Shown in pieces: positions 8,597 through 18,630 of a stretch of DNA of 64,000 nt. Source of the DNA: Bdellovibrionales bacterium (GTDB lineage: Bacteria > Bdellovibrionota > Bdellovibrionia > Bdellovibrionales > UBA1609); the NCBI GenBank assembly GCA_965199825.1, contig OZ241329.1, positions 1,888,001 to 1,952,000 on the forward strand, given 5' to 3'. Both the position numbers and the translations under genes were made by a program. The notes under the pieces are model-generated. The model ran no database searches and was not told where the DNA came from. It worked only from the letters and a program-made list of their open reading frames with translations. Within the stretch, counting starts at the first letter, position 1. Each line of letters opens with the position of its first letter.

Positions 8597-10443
8597 TTGG
8601 TTCACCCAACTCTGGTAAAACATCTCTTTATAACTGGCTGACAGGATCAAAATTCAAAACGGTCAATTATCCCGGTGCAACGGTGGATTGCTTTATTGGG
8701 CCTGTGCAATCGGCATTGGGCTCAGGCCTGCGATTTATGGACACTCCAGGGACTTATAGTCTCCTCGCCAAAACTCCGGATGAAGAAGTGACCACTCAAG
8801 CTCTCTTCCACGCCAAAACCAATGACCAGATCGATGCGGTTTTGGTTGTGATTGATGCCACCCAAATCCGAAGGCAGCTTTTAATTGTTGAGCAAGTGAT
8901 TCGATCCGGATTTCGCTGTGTGGTTGCAATCACCATGATGGATTTACTGCGAAAAAAAGGGATGAGTCTCGATATCGAAAAATTAAGTCAACATCTTAAA
9001 GTTTCGGTGGTGTCGGTGGAAGCGCGTCTTGGTGGAAACGTTCAACAGCTGATCAATATTTTTAAGAATTTTGATTTTCAAAATTCGGACGCACCAAAGT
9101 TGCACATTCCCACATCGGAAGAAAATCAGATTTTAAGAAAATTAACTGAGACAATTTTAAAAGATGTTTTCAAAGAGGGTATCGAAAAGCGTGACATTTT
9201 ATCCGAAACTTTAAAGATCGATAAGATTTTGCTCCATCGAGTGTACGGACCCCTTTTGTTTTTAGCCGTAATGACACTTCTTTTTACCAGCATCTTTTTT
9301 TTGGCTGCTCCTTTGATGGATTTGATTGACCAGAGCTTTTCTGCCTTTTCGAATTCAGTTTTAGGGCTTCCTACACCAAGCCTCCTCAAAGAGTTTATTG
9401 GTGCTGGAATTTTACCAAGCTTCGGTGCGGTTCTTGTTTTTGTTCCCCAAATTTTTATTTTATTTTTAGGAATTGGAATTCTGGAAGACACGGGCTATCT
9501 CGCTCGGGCCGCAACACTGATTGATCGTCCCTTTTCAAAGATCGGTTTAAGCGGGCGCTCTTTTGTGCCGCTGCTATCGGGTTTTGCTTGTGCGGTGCCT
9601 GCAATGATGGCGACCCGAAATATTTCATCTGCCAAAGAACGTTGGATCGTTTTATTTATTCTTCCTCTGATGACCTGCTCTGCGCGCTTGCCCGTCTATG
9701 CTTTGTTGATTTCATTTTTGTTTCATGGAAAATCCTCGGCTCTTGCCGGAATGTTTTTGGCAGGAATTTATTTGGCCTCAATTTTATTGGGTTCGGTAGC
9801 GGCCGCAATCATTCATCGTGTTTTTAAAAATCGAATCAAAAGTCATTTTGCACTTGAGCTTCCGATCTACCGAGTGCCGCAGTGGCGTTTGGTTTTTCGC
9901 AGCAGTCTGATGAGAACAAAAACTTATTTGATCAATGCGGGCCCTGTGATCTTTTTTGTCGCACTCGGCTTGTGGGCAGCCTCTTCCTTTCCGAGAACAG
10001 ATATCTATACGATGCCGCCACTGTCGCAAAGTTATGCCGCTCTAGTGGGGCAGTGGATTGAGCCAGTGTTTAAACCGATGGGTCTGGATTGGAGAGTGGG
10101 AGTGGGATTGCTCTCGGCTTTTTCGGCACGAGAGGTTTTTGTGGCTTCACTTGCCTTGGTGATGAATTTTTCGGGCACATTGAGCGATGCATCTTTGCGC
10201 GAAGGCTTGATCGCCAATATGCAAAAGGCAACCTTTGGTGATGGCACACCTGTTTTTACCACCGCCTCGGTTTTAGGATTGATCGTCTTTTTTATGATCG
10301 CGGTCCAATGCATGTCGACCACCGCCACTGCGGCTCGGGAGTGGAAATCATGGAAGCTTGCCATTTTTCAACTGATTGCATTTAATCTTTTGGCCTATGC
10401 TGCGGCTTGTACCATCGTTCAAGTTGGTAGACTCTTAAGCTGA
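8542..10443 (+). CDS. feoB: Ferrous iron transporter B
   Basis: GSPNSGKT, NYPGATVD, DTPGTYS, LEDTGYLAR, GFACAVPA, MTCSARLPVY. Confidence 0.96.
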   Translation: MPTHLVNRENQRDPIIALVGSPNSGKTSLYNWLTGSKFKTVNYPGATVDCFIGPVQSALGSGLRFMDTPGTYSLLAKTPDEEVTTQALFHAKTNDQIDAVLVVIDATQIRRQLLIVEQVIRSGFRCVVAITMMDLLRKKGMSLDIEKLSQHLKVSVVSVEARLGGNVQQLINIFKNFDFQNSDAPKLHIPTSEENQILRKLTETILKDVFKEGIEKRDILSETLKIDKILLHRVYGPLLFLAVMTLLFTSIFFLAAPLMDLIDQSFSAFSNSVLGLPTPSLLKEFIGAGILPSFGAVLVFVPQIFILFLGIGILEDTGYLARAATLIDRPFSKIGLSGRSFVPLLSGFACAVPAMMATRNISSAKERWIVLFILPLMTCSARLPVYALLISFLFHGKSSALAGMFLAGIYLASILLGSVAAAIIHRVFKNRIKSHFALELPIYRVPQWRLVFRSSLMRTKTYLINAGPVIFFVALGLWAASSFPRTDIYTMPPLSQSYAALVGQWIEPVFKPMGLDWRVGVGLLSAFSAREVFVASLALVMNFSGTLSDASLREGLIANMQKATFGDGTPVFTTASVLGLIVFFMIAVQCMSTTATAAREWKSWKLAIFQLIAFNLLAYAAACTIVQVGRLLS

Positions 10444-11645
10444 TGCTGAGTCGTCTTTTTACAAAACGAATGTTGATTATTTTTTTGATGGGTTTTTCAT
10501 CAGGATTGCCGCTGCTCTTGACTGGCTCAACATTGCGCATGCGGTTGTCCGATGCAGGAATTGATCTCACCACCATTGGCGCTTTGTCATTGGTTGGTCT
10601 TCCTTACAGCCTTAAGTTTTTGTGGTCGCCGTTGCTCGATCGCTACCAACTGTTCCAACTTTTTGGCCGGCGTCGAAGTTGGTTAATTGTGGTGCAAGCC
10701 CTTTTGGGATTTGCGCTCTGTGCCCTTGCTCTCAGCGATGATTCCTTGGTGATGATCGGTGGACTTTGTTTATTGGTCGCATTCTTAAGCGCCACCCAGG
10801 ATATTTTGATCGACGCGTACCGCAGAGAAATTTTGCCCGATGAAGAATTGGGCTTGGGCTCAAGCCTTGCGGTCAATGGCTACCGAGTGGCGTTGCTGTA
10901 CTCAGGTGGAATTGCATTGGTCATGGCCGATCATATGACATGGAATCAGGTTTATTTGTTGATGGCTTTAAGTGTTGGGATCGGAATCGTGACCACTTTA
11001 TTTTGTGATGAGCCACAAGTTGTTTTGAGTCATAAAAAAAGTTTGAAGCAAGCTTTTTTGGATCCCTTTTTAGAAATGTTTAAGCGCCCGGGTGTTTGGA
11101 CACTGCTTTTGTTTATTGTTCTTTATAAAATTGGCGACAGTATGGCCTCAGATATGACCGGACTGTATTTTAAAGATCTTGGTTTTACCAAAACAGAAAT
11201 CGGCACGGTGGCAAAGCTCTTTGGATTTTGGGCGACCATCATTGGCGGATTTGTTGGGGGCTTTGCAATCATCAAATTAAAAACCTATCGAGCCCTTTGG
11301 ATATTTGGAATTCTCCAAGCAGTTTCGATTTTGAGTTTTACCGCATTGTACTTTGTCGAACACAGTGTGAGTTTTCTTGCGCTGAGTATCACCTTCGAAA
11401 ATCTGACCTCAGGAATGGGGACTGCGGCTTATGCGGGCTTTATAGCCGGATTGACCGACCGGCGTTTTACCGCAACCCAATATGCCTTACTAACATCACT
11501 CACAGGAATTCCGCGCATTTTTGCGTCGGCTCCTACCGGATATTTGGCAACCCACTTGGGCTGGCCGCTTTATTTTGTGTTTTGCACGCTCGCGGCGCTA
11601 CCGGGTTTATTTTTGATTCTAAAAATTAAAGATAATGCTTGTTAA
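10443..11645 (+). CDS. ampG: AmpG muropeptide MFS permease
   Basis: GFSSGLP, LKFLWSPLLD, SATQDILIDAYR, FTATQYALL. Confidence 0.95.
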   Translation: MLSRLFTKRMLIIFLMGFSSGLPLLLTGSTLRMRLSDAGIDLTTIGALSLVGLPYSLKFLWSPLLDRYQLFQLFGRRRSWLIVVQALLGFALCALALSDDSLVMIGGLCLLVAFLSATQDILIDAYRREILPDEELGLGSSLAVNGYRVALLYSGGIALVMADHMTWNQVYLLMALSVGIGIVTTLFCDEPQVVLSHKKSLKQAFLDPFLEMFKRPGVWTLLLFIVLYKIGDSMASDMTGLYFKDLGFTKTEIGTVAKLFGFWATIIGGFVGGFAIIKLKTYRALWIFGILQAVSILSFTALYFVEHSVSFLALSITFENLTSGMGTAAYAGFIAGLTDRRFTATQYALLTSLTGIPRIFASAPTGYLATHLGWPLYFVFCTLAALPGLFLILKIKDNAC

Positions 11646-12048
11646 GAAGTGCCGATTCAATGTCGATCACATACACGTTCGACATATTAAAACGATGATA
11701 ATCAAAGCGCTTTAAATTTTCCCAGACAGTCAATGCGTCGGTGTTTTCACTGTCAATCACGTAGGATGCAAAATATCCCACCATCCTTAGGGCCCAACCA
11801 AAAGCTTGTTTGTCGGTTTTGAAATTGTAATCTCCGGTGCGCTCCAAAACCTCGGGCGTTTCTGCATCTAAGCAGACCAAGATATCATTACGCTGTTTTG
11901 AAAAACGACAGACGCTCAAAGTCAGATTCTCGGTAATGCGCAAAACCTTATTTTCGTCGTCCTTGAGCCAAAATCCCTCAATGCTGCCATCGGCTTGAGC
12001 CAACTGGGACATCACACAAAACAATATCACAACTAAAACTTTCATCAA
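11626..12048 (-). CDS. Secreted hypothetical protein
   Basis: Signal peptide (AQA), SD GAGGAG, upstream sigma-54 site. Confidence 0.7.
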   Translation of the reverse strand: MMKVLVVILFCVMSQLAQADGSIEGFWLKDDENKVLRITENLTLSVCRFSKQRNDILVCLDAETPEVLERTGDYNFKTDKQAFGWALRMVGYFASYVIDSENTDALTVWENLKRFDYHRFNMSNVYVIDIESALLNKHYL

Positions 12049-12069
12049 AATCTCCTCTATTCGCTATCC

Positions 12070-12085
12070 AGCAGTATTCGTGCCG
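12070..12085 (-). promoter_or_regulatory. Sigma-54 promoter for 11626..12048
   Basis: Minus strand CGGCACGAATACTGCT (GG-N10-GC); predicted +1 near 12059, just above the SD. Confidence 0.6.
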
Positions 12086-12166
12086 GAGTTTCATTTAAAC
12101 AAAACTAGTCGTAGGCCAGATGCAAGCGCCCCCAACATCTTTTAAAATAATAATGGGGGGATTAAA

Positions 12167-12979
12167 ATGGGGCTGAAATTATGTTTATTTCTATTGGCAT
12201 TTGAGTGTTGGGGACAAGTCCGAAACGAGCTGAATGAGCCATATGTGTTGGATCATGGCTATAAAGTTAAAAATTCGGTTTTATTGATCCATGGTTTGAC
12301 CGATTCGCCGTACTACACTCGGGCGATTGCCGAGATTTTGTATTCCGAGGGATTTAATGTTGTAGGTATTTTACTCTCCGGCCATGGCACCCGCCCCGAA
12401 GACTTGCTCAAAACAAAATTAACCGCGTGGATTGTAGACACCCAAAAGGGTTTTCAGATCGCACAATCCTTGGGTGAGAATATTTATGTGGGCGGTCTCT
12501 CACTCGGTGGAGCATTGAGTATTCACCTCAGTCGGCACCAGCCTTTAATCAAAGGTCTTTTTTTATTTTCGCCGGCGATCTTGGTAAGGAATTGGGAAAG
12601 TGAATTGGCTTGCGGTGCTCGTTATTTTCAAAAGTGGGTGGCCGATACTCCTGAGCAAAGTCTCGTGCGATACAACAAAATGGCGGTAAACAGTGTGTGC
12701 CAAATCAATCGCTTAATTGAATTGAATCAGTACGGTGGCATTGCTCATCAAATTGCGATTCCAACATTTATAGCGATGACAGATGACGACCAAACTATCT
12801 TGCCATGGGCGATTAAAAATTTTTATTTGAACCTTCGTTCACCTCATAAAGCCTTGGTCGAATATCCGGTAACAGATCATGTGGGCCATGCGGACCTTGT
12901 AAGACCCGAGCTCAATCCAAAATTTCAAGAACTTGAAGAAAAATTAAGAGCCTTTATCAAAGAAAACACCCGAACTTAA
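12167..12979 (+). CDS. Secreted alpha/beta hydrolase (esterase/monoacylglycerol lipase-like)
   Basis: LIHGLT, GHGT, GLSLGG nucleophile elbow, later Asp and His candidates. Confidence 0.88.
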   Translation: MGLKLCLFLLAFECWGQVRNELNEPYVLDHGYKVKNSVLLIHGLTDSPYYTRAIAEILYSEGFNVVGILLSGHGTRPEDLLKTKLTAWIVDTQKGFQIAQSLGENIYVGGLSLGGALSIHLSRHQPLIKGLFLFSPAILVRNWESELACGARYFQKWVADTPEQSLVRYNKMAVNSVCQINRLIELNQYGGIAHQIAIPTFIAMTDDDQTILPWAIKNFYLNLRSPHKALVEYPVTDHVGHADLVRPELNPKFQELEEKLRAFIKENTRT

Positions 12980-12991
12980 GAGGTTCGGGTG
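12963..12991 (-). terminator. Intrinsic terminator
   Basis: 9-bp stem CACCCGAAC/GTTCGGGTG followed by TTTT on the minus strand. Confidence 0.65.
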
Positions 12992-13027
12992 CAGGAGGGA
13001 AGGGGCAGGAGGATGTGGGGGTGGGAA

Positions 13028-13186
13028 CTACCTTGAAGAGTTAGGCTTTAAGGGCTGCATCGGTTTATTCGAATCAGTCAAAACAACTTTTTTGGTGAGG
13101 GGGACCGGCGGGGTAACCGGAGGCTCTGCGCCAAATGCCGAGTTTGACATCAGCAGTGCAACGAACGGAATCACCATAACTTTCAT
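13028..13186 (-). CDS. Small secreted Pro-rich peptide, 52 aa (below the ORF-track cutoff)
   Basis: SD AAGGAGA; MKVMVIPFVALLMSNSAFG-AEPPVTPPVPSPKKLFLTDSNKPMQPLKPNSSR*; followed by a terminator. Confidence 0.6.
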   Translation of the reverse strand: MKVMVIPFVALLMSNSAFGAEPPVTPPVPLTKKVVLTDSNKPMQPLKPNSSR

Positions 13187-13275
13187 CGTTTTCTCCTTTG
13201 CTTTAGAAAGGTTGATGCGGATACAGCTAGAGATATCTCAAAAAAATGAACCACGTTTGAACAAGCTATGAAGAT

Positions 13276-15672
13276 ATGACTACAATTGACCGGCCTTTAA
13301 AAATAATTTTGCCCGTCTTAATTGTGATCCTTTTGGCGGTCAGTGCTTTTTCTTGCTGGGGAATTTACCAGCTTCTACAGACCATTCGAATCCAAAATCA
13401 CGGTTTAAATATTCAGGCAAAAATTCATGGGCTTGAGGCTTTAATCCAGCAGGCCGAGACTGCAGGCCAGTCGATCTTGTTATTAGGTGATGACGACTAT
13501 CGCGACGATTATCAGCTCAGTGTCGAAAAAATTCTGCGCCGTTTAAAAGATCTCAAACTCCTTTTTAAAAACGATCAAAAACAACTTGAGACTTTTGCCC
13601 AGGTCGAAAATCTGATTGCCCAACGCCTTGCCCATTTGGGTGAGCAAGTCGAGGGCTCGATCGAAAGTCATGAAGAGATCGAAGCGATTTTACGCTCCTA
13701 CAAAAAAGGTTTAATCCTTGGAAGCTTAATCAATAAAACTTTTCAAGAGATGGACCAGCGCGAGGCCATTGAACTCAAAAATCATGAGCTCAATGTCAAA
13801 GTCTACTCTGAATCAGCCATCGAATTTATCGCCACCGGAACCGTTTTAACTTTAGCATTGGTTTTGCTCTTTGCATTTTTGGCGCTCAGAGAAATTCGTC
13901 AGCGCAATCAATTGCTCGGTGAACTTAGCCAAGCGCGTGAAGATGCCAACGTGGCCTCAAAACTAAAATCTCAGTTTTTGGCAACCGTAAGTCATGAGAT
14001 TCGCACGCCGTTAAATGGGATTATCGGATTTAGCGAGTTGCTTTCAAGACGGATTAAAACTTCGGATGAAAAAAAGATGGTCGATCTAATCAACCAATCC
14101 GGGGTGAATCTTTTAAAAATTGTGAATGATATTTTAGATTTTTCAAAAATTGAGGCCGATAAAATTGATTTTGAAAATTCGGACTTCTCACTTTCGGACT
14201 TGATTGCAAACGCAATTGAAATGTCTTCGATCAAAGCGCTAGAAAAAAATCTGATTGTATTGAATTACATCGATCCCGATATTCCAATGATACTTCATGG
14301 AGACTCATCGCGGATTCTCCAAGTGCTCCAAAATCTTTTAAATAATGCTCTGAAATTTACCGATCGCGGTGGAGTATTCATTAAAGTGATGGGTCACAAA
14401 GATCAAAAGATCGCACGCGTGCGAATCGAAATTCAAGATACCGGACGTGGGATTGCCCAAAATGAGCAAAATCTTTTGTTTCAACCCTTTAATCAGGTGG
14501 TGCCCTCAGAAGGCACGGGGCTGGGATTGAGTATTTGTAAAACTCTGGTTGAAAAGATGAATGGCGAAATTGGGGTGCAGAGTCAAATCGGTGAGGGGTC
14601 AACGTTTTGGTTTGAGCTTCCGCTCCCTATTATAAAAGAAAATAAATCTGATCTTTTTAAGGCGACCTCTTTCAAGACACGGGTGATTACAAAAAATCAA
14701 ATTATTAAGCGCTGTTTGAAATGCTACTTTTCAGAGTGGGAGATCGACGCCGATTTTGTTGAGGAATCCACCGGGCTTCATATCCAAGACTATTTGTTAA
14801 TCAAGGATGTGTCGCAAAACAAAAATCAAGAAGATCCAATTCAACCAAACACAGTTTATTTAATTAACCTGGCGTCCGATGTGCAATATCCCGACAGTTT
14901 AAACGTTCCATTTTCGCGCGATGAGCTAAAAATAATTATTCAAAAAAGAGTGGGTCATGTTTCGGCCTCTCAGGGTCAGCCTATGATCCTGCTTGCCGAA
15001 GACAATCCGGTGAATCAAGCCTTGGTTGAAATGCATGCGGCAGAATCAAACTTACAAATTCGAACGGTCACTGACGGTCAAGCGGTCTTGGAGATTTTGC
15101 GCTCGCAAAAATTTGATATGATTCTGATGGATGTTCAGATGCCTCAGATGAATGGGCTAGAAGCCACAAAAATAATTAGACTTAATGAGCAAGACAGCGG
15201 TGAGCACATTCCTATAATCGCAATGACCGCAAATGCTTCCCAAGTAGACAAAGAGCGGTGCTTTGGCGCAGGCATGGATGATTATATCTCAAAGCCCTTT
15301 CATGCTGAGGTTCTTGAGGCTGTATTTAAAAAATACCTTTCGATAAAGCCTGTGTTGATTGATTGGGAGATTTTAAAGTCGCTTGCCAAAAAAACAAATT
15401 CTCGCACAGCAAAAAGACTGATCGAAACTTTTTTGACCACTTTGCCCGGTGCAATCATCACTCTTGAAAAAGCGGCTCTCAATCAAGACGATTCACAGTT
15501 GTCAGGGTTGGGACATAGTCTTAAGTCATCCTGCTATGCACTCGGTGCGAATTCTCTTGGCAATTTATTTGGCGAGCTCGAAACCGATCCGAACCCCTTG
15601 TTAATCGAGCGATTGATTACGATGTGCCGCGATGTTCAAAATGAATTTATAAATCACAATCAAGATTTTTGA
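13276..15672 (+). CDS. Hybrid sensor histidine kinase (CHASE3-like periplasmic domain, HisKA, HATPase, REC, Hpt)
   Basis: Two TM segments, [34 protein letters not shown]. Confidence 0.93.
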   Translation: MTTIDRPLKIILPVLIVILLAVSAFSCWGIYQLLQTIRIQNHGLNIQAKIHGLEALIQQAETAGQSILLLGDDDYRDDYQLSVEKILRRLKDLKLLFKNDQKQLETFAQVENLIAQRLAHLGEQVEGSIESHEEIEAILRSYKKGLILGSLINKTFQEMDQREAIELKNHELNVKVYSESAIEFIATGTVLTLALVLLFAFLALREIRQRNQLLGELSQAREDANVASKLKSQFLATVSHEIRTPLNGIIGFSELLSRRIKTSDEKKMVDLINQSGVNLLKIVNDILDFSKIEADKIDFENSDFSLSDLIANAIEMSSIKALEKNLIVLNYIDPDIPMILHGDSSRILQVLQNLLNNALKFTDRGGVFIKVMGHKDQKIARVRIEIQDTGRGIAQNEQNLLFQPFNQVVPSEGTGLGLSICKTLVEKMNGEIGVQSQIGEGSTFWFELPLPIIKENKSDLFKATSFKTRVITKNQIIKRCLKCYFSEWEIDADFVEESTGLHIQDYLLIKDVSQNKNQEDPIQPNTVYLINLASDVQYPDSLNVPFSRDELKIIIQKRVGHVSASQGQPMILLAEDNPVNQALVEMHAAESNLQIRTVTDGQAVLEILRSQKFDMILMDVQMPQMNGLEATKIIRLNEQDSGEHIPIIAMTANASQVDKERCFGAGMDDYISKPFHAEVLEAVFKKYLSIKPVLIDWEILKSLAKKTNSRTAKRLIETFLTTLPGAIITLEKAALNQDDSQLSGLGHSLKSSCYALGANSLGNLFGELETDPNPLLIERLITMCRDVQNEFINHNQDF

Positions 15673-16352
15673 ATCACCAAGCGATAGCCCTCACCAATCA
15701 CGGTTTCGATTTTGGCCGAACTCTCGGCAATCTTTTTACGCAAATGTCCCACGTGGGTATCCACAGTGCGATCGGTGATGTGGGTGTCGTTACCCCAAAC
15801 TTCATTTAAGAGTTGCTCACGCGAATAGATCCGCTCGGGATTTTTACCCAATATAATAAGGAGCTTAAATTCGAGTGAAGTCAGCTCAATCAATTTTTCT
15901 TTGCCGTCTAATACAACCCACACCCGTTGTTTTGGCAGCGAGGCCAAAAGATTACCGATTCGAAAATTATCCGAACGATTTTGTTGGCGCTCCATCCGTT
16001 TGAGCTTTGCATCCACTCGCGCCGAAAGCTCAAGGGGATCAAAGGGCTTGGTAATAAAATCTTCGGCTCCAACGTTAAAGGCCAAAACTTTATTTGAGAT
16101 CTCCGATTTTGCTGTAAGAATAAAAACCGGAATCTCATCATGATTTTTGAGTTGTTTGAGGTCGGTCAAAAAACTGAGCCCATTGCCGTCGGGTAAGCCC
16201 AAATCTAAAATCACAAGATCAAAGGGCTGAGTGGTCAGCGCCGAGCGAGCGTCGGCAAGAGTGAGGGCAAACTGCAGATGGTAATGAGGCAAAGAGGCCT
16301 CAATCAGGACTCTCATTTCGGCATTATCTTCGACACACAAAATTTGACGCAA
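15660..16352 (-). CDS. OmpR/PhoB-family response regulator
   Basis: [10 protein letters not shown] receiver domain; [14 protein letters not shown] and GEGYRL winged helix. Confidence 0.95.
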   Translation of the reverse strand: MRQILCVEDNAEMRVLIEASLPHYHLQFALTLADARSALTTQPFDLVILDLGLPDGNGLSFLTDLKQLKNHDEIPVFILTAKSEISNKVLAFNVGAEDFITKPFDPLELSARVDAKLKRMERQQNRSDNFRIGNLLASLPKQRVWVVLDGKEKLIELTSLEFKLLIILGKNPERIYSREQLLNEVWGNDTHITDRTVDTHVGHLRKKIAESSAKIETVIGEGYRLVIQKS

Positions 16353-16479
16353 AGCCTAGACCTCCGATAAAAATATTTATTTAACGTTGGATGGCCGGAG
16401 CAGCAACACATAAAGGATTTTTCGCTTGCCCCAAAAGGCGGGCGGCTGATACTTCTTAACATCTTGTCAATTCGCTAAA

Positions 16480-16555
16480 TGGGGTGTCGCCAAGTTGGTA
16501 AGGCATCAGATTTTGATTCTGACACTCGCAGGTTCGAGTCCTGCCACCCCATCCA
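16480..16555 (+). tRNA. tRNA-Gln (TTG)
   Basis: Acceptor stem TGGGGTG/CACCCCA, anticodon arm TCAGA-TTTTGAT-TCTGA, GGTTCGAGTCC T-arm, encoded CCA. Confidence 0.97.
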
Positions 16556-16630
16556 ATTATTTGATCTCAACGTCGCTGTCCTCGCCGCGCTTCGCTTGCT
16601 GCGGAACGCTCCTTTTGAGATCAAAAAATT
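16555..16630. repeat. Palindromic REP-like hairpin immediately after the tRNA
   Basis: TTTGATCTCAA (16560-16570) / TTGAGATCAAA (16615-16625) enclosing a GC-rich inner hairpin containing GCTTCGCT. Confidence 0.55.
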
Positions 16631-16840
16631 TCTGTCTTTAATTCTGCAAATAAACAAATGGCTTGAAGAAGCCTTTGAGCGTTGAAGGCACTTCTCTTTG
16701 ACTACCAATCTGTCGGTGGCAGGATTCAAAGTCCGCACACAAAGCGTGTGGTTCGGGGCGGCAGGCCTGGATAGCGATTGAGCCCACAGCATCTCATGGA
16801 CGGACAGATGAACGTGGGAACACGAGGACCGAATGCAAAT

Positions 16841-17644
16841 TTAAAGGATTTCTTTGAGAGCTCCCTCACAAGCCTTGTTACTGCTTAACTGACTCAGAAA
16901 TTCTTTGTTCCCATGCTCATCAGCCAAAATAACATCTGCAACCGAATAATTTGGATTGAAGATAAATTGTCGGATTGAAAGTGGACGACCCTCGCGGTTT
17001 TTAACAACTCCAAGATCGCCACTCACAGATGCTTTACACCCATTGATTCGGTCGCAGATATTTCTATAAATTTTTGACCACGTGACCCCAACCAGACCGA
17101 TCCCAAGCGCCGCGCTCACTGCACCCTTGAGTGAAGGTTCAATCCGGTGAAACATTTCCTCTCCTAAGAAAACTGTAACAATAACAGGTACGTTAAAAAC
17201 CGCGCGGGTCAGTTTGGGCGGCACTCCAATTTTTGGATTGAGTTCGATCAAAAAGCGTTTTCGTGATGGCTGAACTTCGTTTTGCTTCACAACCAAATAC
17301 ACATGTTTATTGATAGCAAAAAACTCTTCTGCAACGAACCCATTGAGCTTTATTTCTTGAGGTTGAGCTCGATCAATCTCAAACCCGACTAATTTGACTT
17401 TTTCTTCTGTTGAACTCAATAAGGGGCGAATCCATAAACTCGAATCTTTTAAAATTAAAAATTCAAAATAGATATCGGCCCGCATCTGACCTTCAGCGGG
17501 ATTGAGCAACACAAATTTTGGAACTGTTCGTTTGATCGAAAAGTGCTTTACCACTTGATCCTCGGAATAATTGGCGGCTTGAGCTAAGTGGCCAATCAGG
17601 GCAATGCTCAAAATGCCAACAAGCATAGAAATTGTTCGTTTCAC
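16841..17644 (-). CDS. Secreted hypothetical protein
   Basis: Likely GTG start at 17644 after AAGGAAA; signal peptide ending AQA; C-terminal CEGAL. Confidence 0.7.
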   Translation of the reverse strand: MKRTISMLVGILSIALIGHLAQAANYSEDQVVKHFSIKRTVPKFVLLNPAEGQMRADIYFEFLILKDSSLWIRPLLSSTEEKVKLVGFEIDRAQPQEIKLNGFVAEEFFAINKHVYLVVKQNEVQPSRKRFLIELNPKIGVPPKLTRAVFNVPVIVTVFLGEEMFHRIEPSLKGAVSAALGIGLVGVTWSKIYRNICDRINGCKASVSGDLGVVKNREGRPLSIRQFIFNPNYSVADVILADEHGNKEFLSQLSSNKACEGALKEIL

Positions 17645-17683
17645 TACTATTTTCCTTCGGAATTGATTCGTTTCTGACTGAGA

Positions 17684-17700
17684 AGCAAGAGATACACCAA
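17684..17700 (-). promoter_or_regulatory. Sigma-54 promoter for 16841..17644
   Basis: Minus strand TTGGTGTATCTCTTGCT (TGG-N8-TTGC). Confidence 0.55.
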
Positions 17701-17889
17701 GCTCGAATGCAGCACCAAACCTCAAACTATAAACCAAAATAATTCGCTGACGGCTCGAGAAGACCCTGTTTTTGCGCGAACGAAGGTAGCTATTGGGTTT
17801 TGCTTTTTTTACCAAAAGCGCCGATCCATTACTTTTATGAAATAAATTCTGGTAACTCCCAATCCTTGAACCCCTTGCTAGGAGCCAGA

Positions 17890-18630
17890 ATGAACGAAAT
17901 TTTAGTTGGATGCTTGACCTTACTTGGACTTATTCGCCCGAGCGGTTTTGAAGTTTGGCAAATTCGGGAAATCCAAAAATTAACCGCGACTCTTGAGTTT
18001 GATTCCCGTTCGACCTCTAGAGGATTAACAAAATCGAGTGTCGTGACGATGAACGAGATCAAAGCCCGTTTGGATCGCTCGGCGAGCGAAACCCCATTCA
18101 AATTTATGAAAATTTGGTTTATTGATTTTAACAAAAAACTGGTTCATCTTCCGCAAATCCATCAATGGCGCGAAGACGTCCAGGCTCGAAACAGAATTGC
18201 TGACCTCAACCGATTTTTAAATCATCCTGCACCCAAAGAATTGTGGGAAATTTCTGAAAGTGCATCAAATTCTTCACTCGAAAAACTGCGCCTTAAGGTT
18301 GCGACTAAGATTGAAAAGGCTCTTCCTTTTTTAATTGAGCACCGTAAGGTTTTAAGCCGGCAAGATTACATTTTGAATCATCAACAAAAAATAATTGGCG
18401 ACTATCCTGATCTCGCCCATGCCACCGAAGTGCTGTTGTATTCGATCGATAAACTCGAAACTGAAACCAAAACTCAAACCGTGTTAGATCTTGCACTTCA
18501 CTCAGCAGACTCAATTTGGGCCACGATTCGTCGCCGCCAAGATGGGTTGATACAAAATATTGATGAACAAATTGACCAACTTGTTAAAACTCTTGAAACC
18601 ATTCACGACGTTGTTACAAAGATTCCATGA
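17890..18630 (+). CDS. Hypothetical helical protein, paralog of the next gene
   Basis: ATG at 17890 after GGAG; shares motifs with 18627..19433. Confidence 0.7.
   Translation: MNEILVGCLTLLGLIRPSGFEVWQIREIQKLTATLEFDSRSTSRGLTKSSVVTMNEIKARLDRSASETPFKFMKIWFIDFNKKLVHLPQIHQWREDVQARNRIADLNRFLNHPAPKELWEISESASNSSLEKLRLKVATKIEKALPFLIEHRKVLSRQDYILNHQQKIIGDYPDLAHATEVLLYSIDKLETETKTQTVLDLALHSADSIWATIRRRQDGLIQNIDEQIDQLVKTLETIHDVVTKIP

Noticed and set aside
12113..12127. GG-N10-GC upstream of the hydrolase
   Set aside because: Lacks the TGGCAC and TTGC context; likely chance
16475..16792. ORFs 16475..16792 (-) and 16479..16685 (+)
   Set aside because: They overlap tRNA-Gln and the palindromic elements; shadow ORFs
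16700..16835. Possible RNase P, SRP, tmRNA, 6S RNA or riboswitch
   Set aside because: Diagnostic motifs are absent or incomplete; kept only as an unnamed structured element
17645..17889. N-terminal extensions of 16841..17815 and 17800..18630
   Set aside because: Better starts with SD and signal or paralog-aligned N-termini lie at 17644 and 17890; this interval is a divergent promoter region
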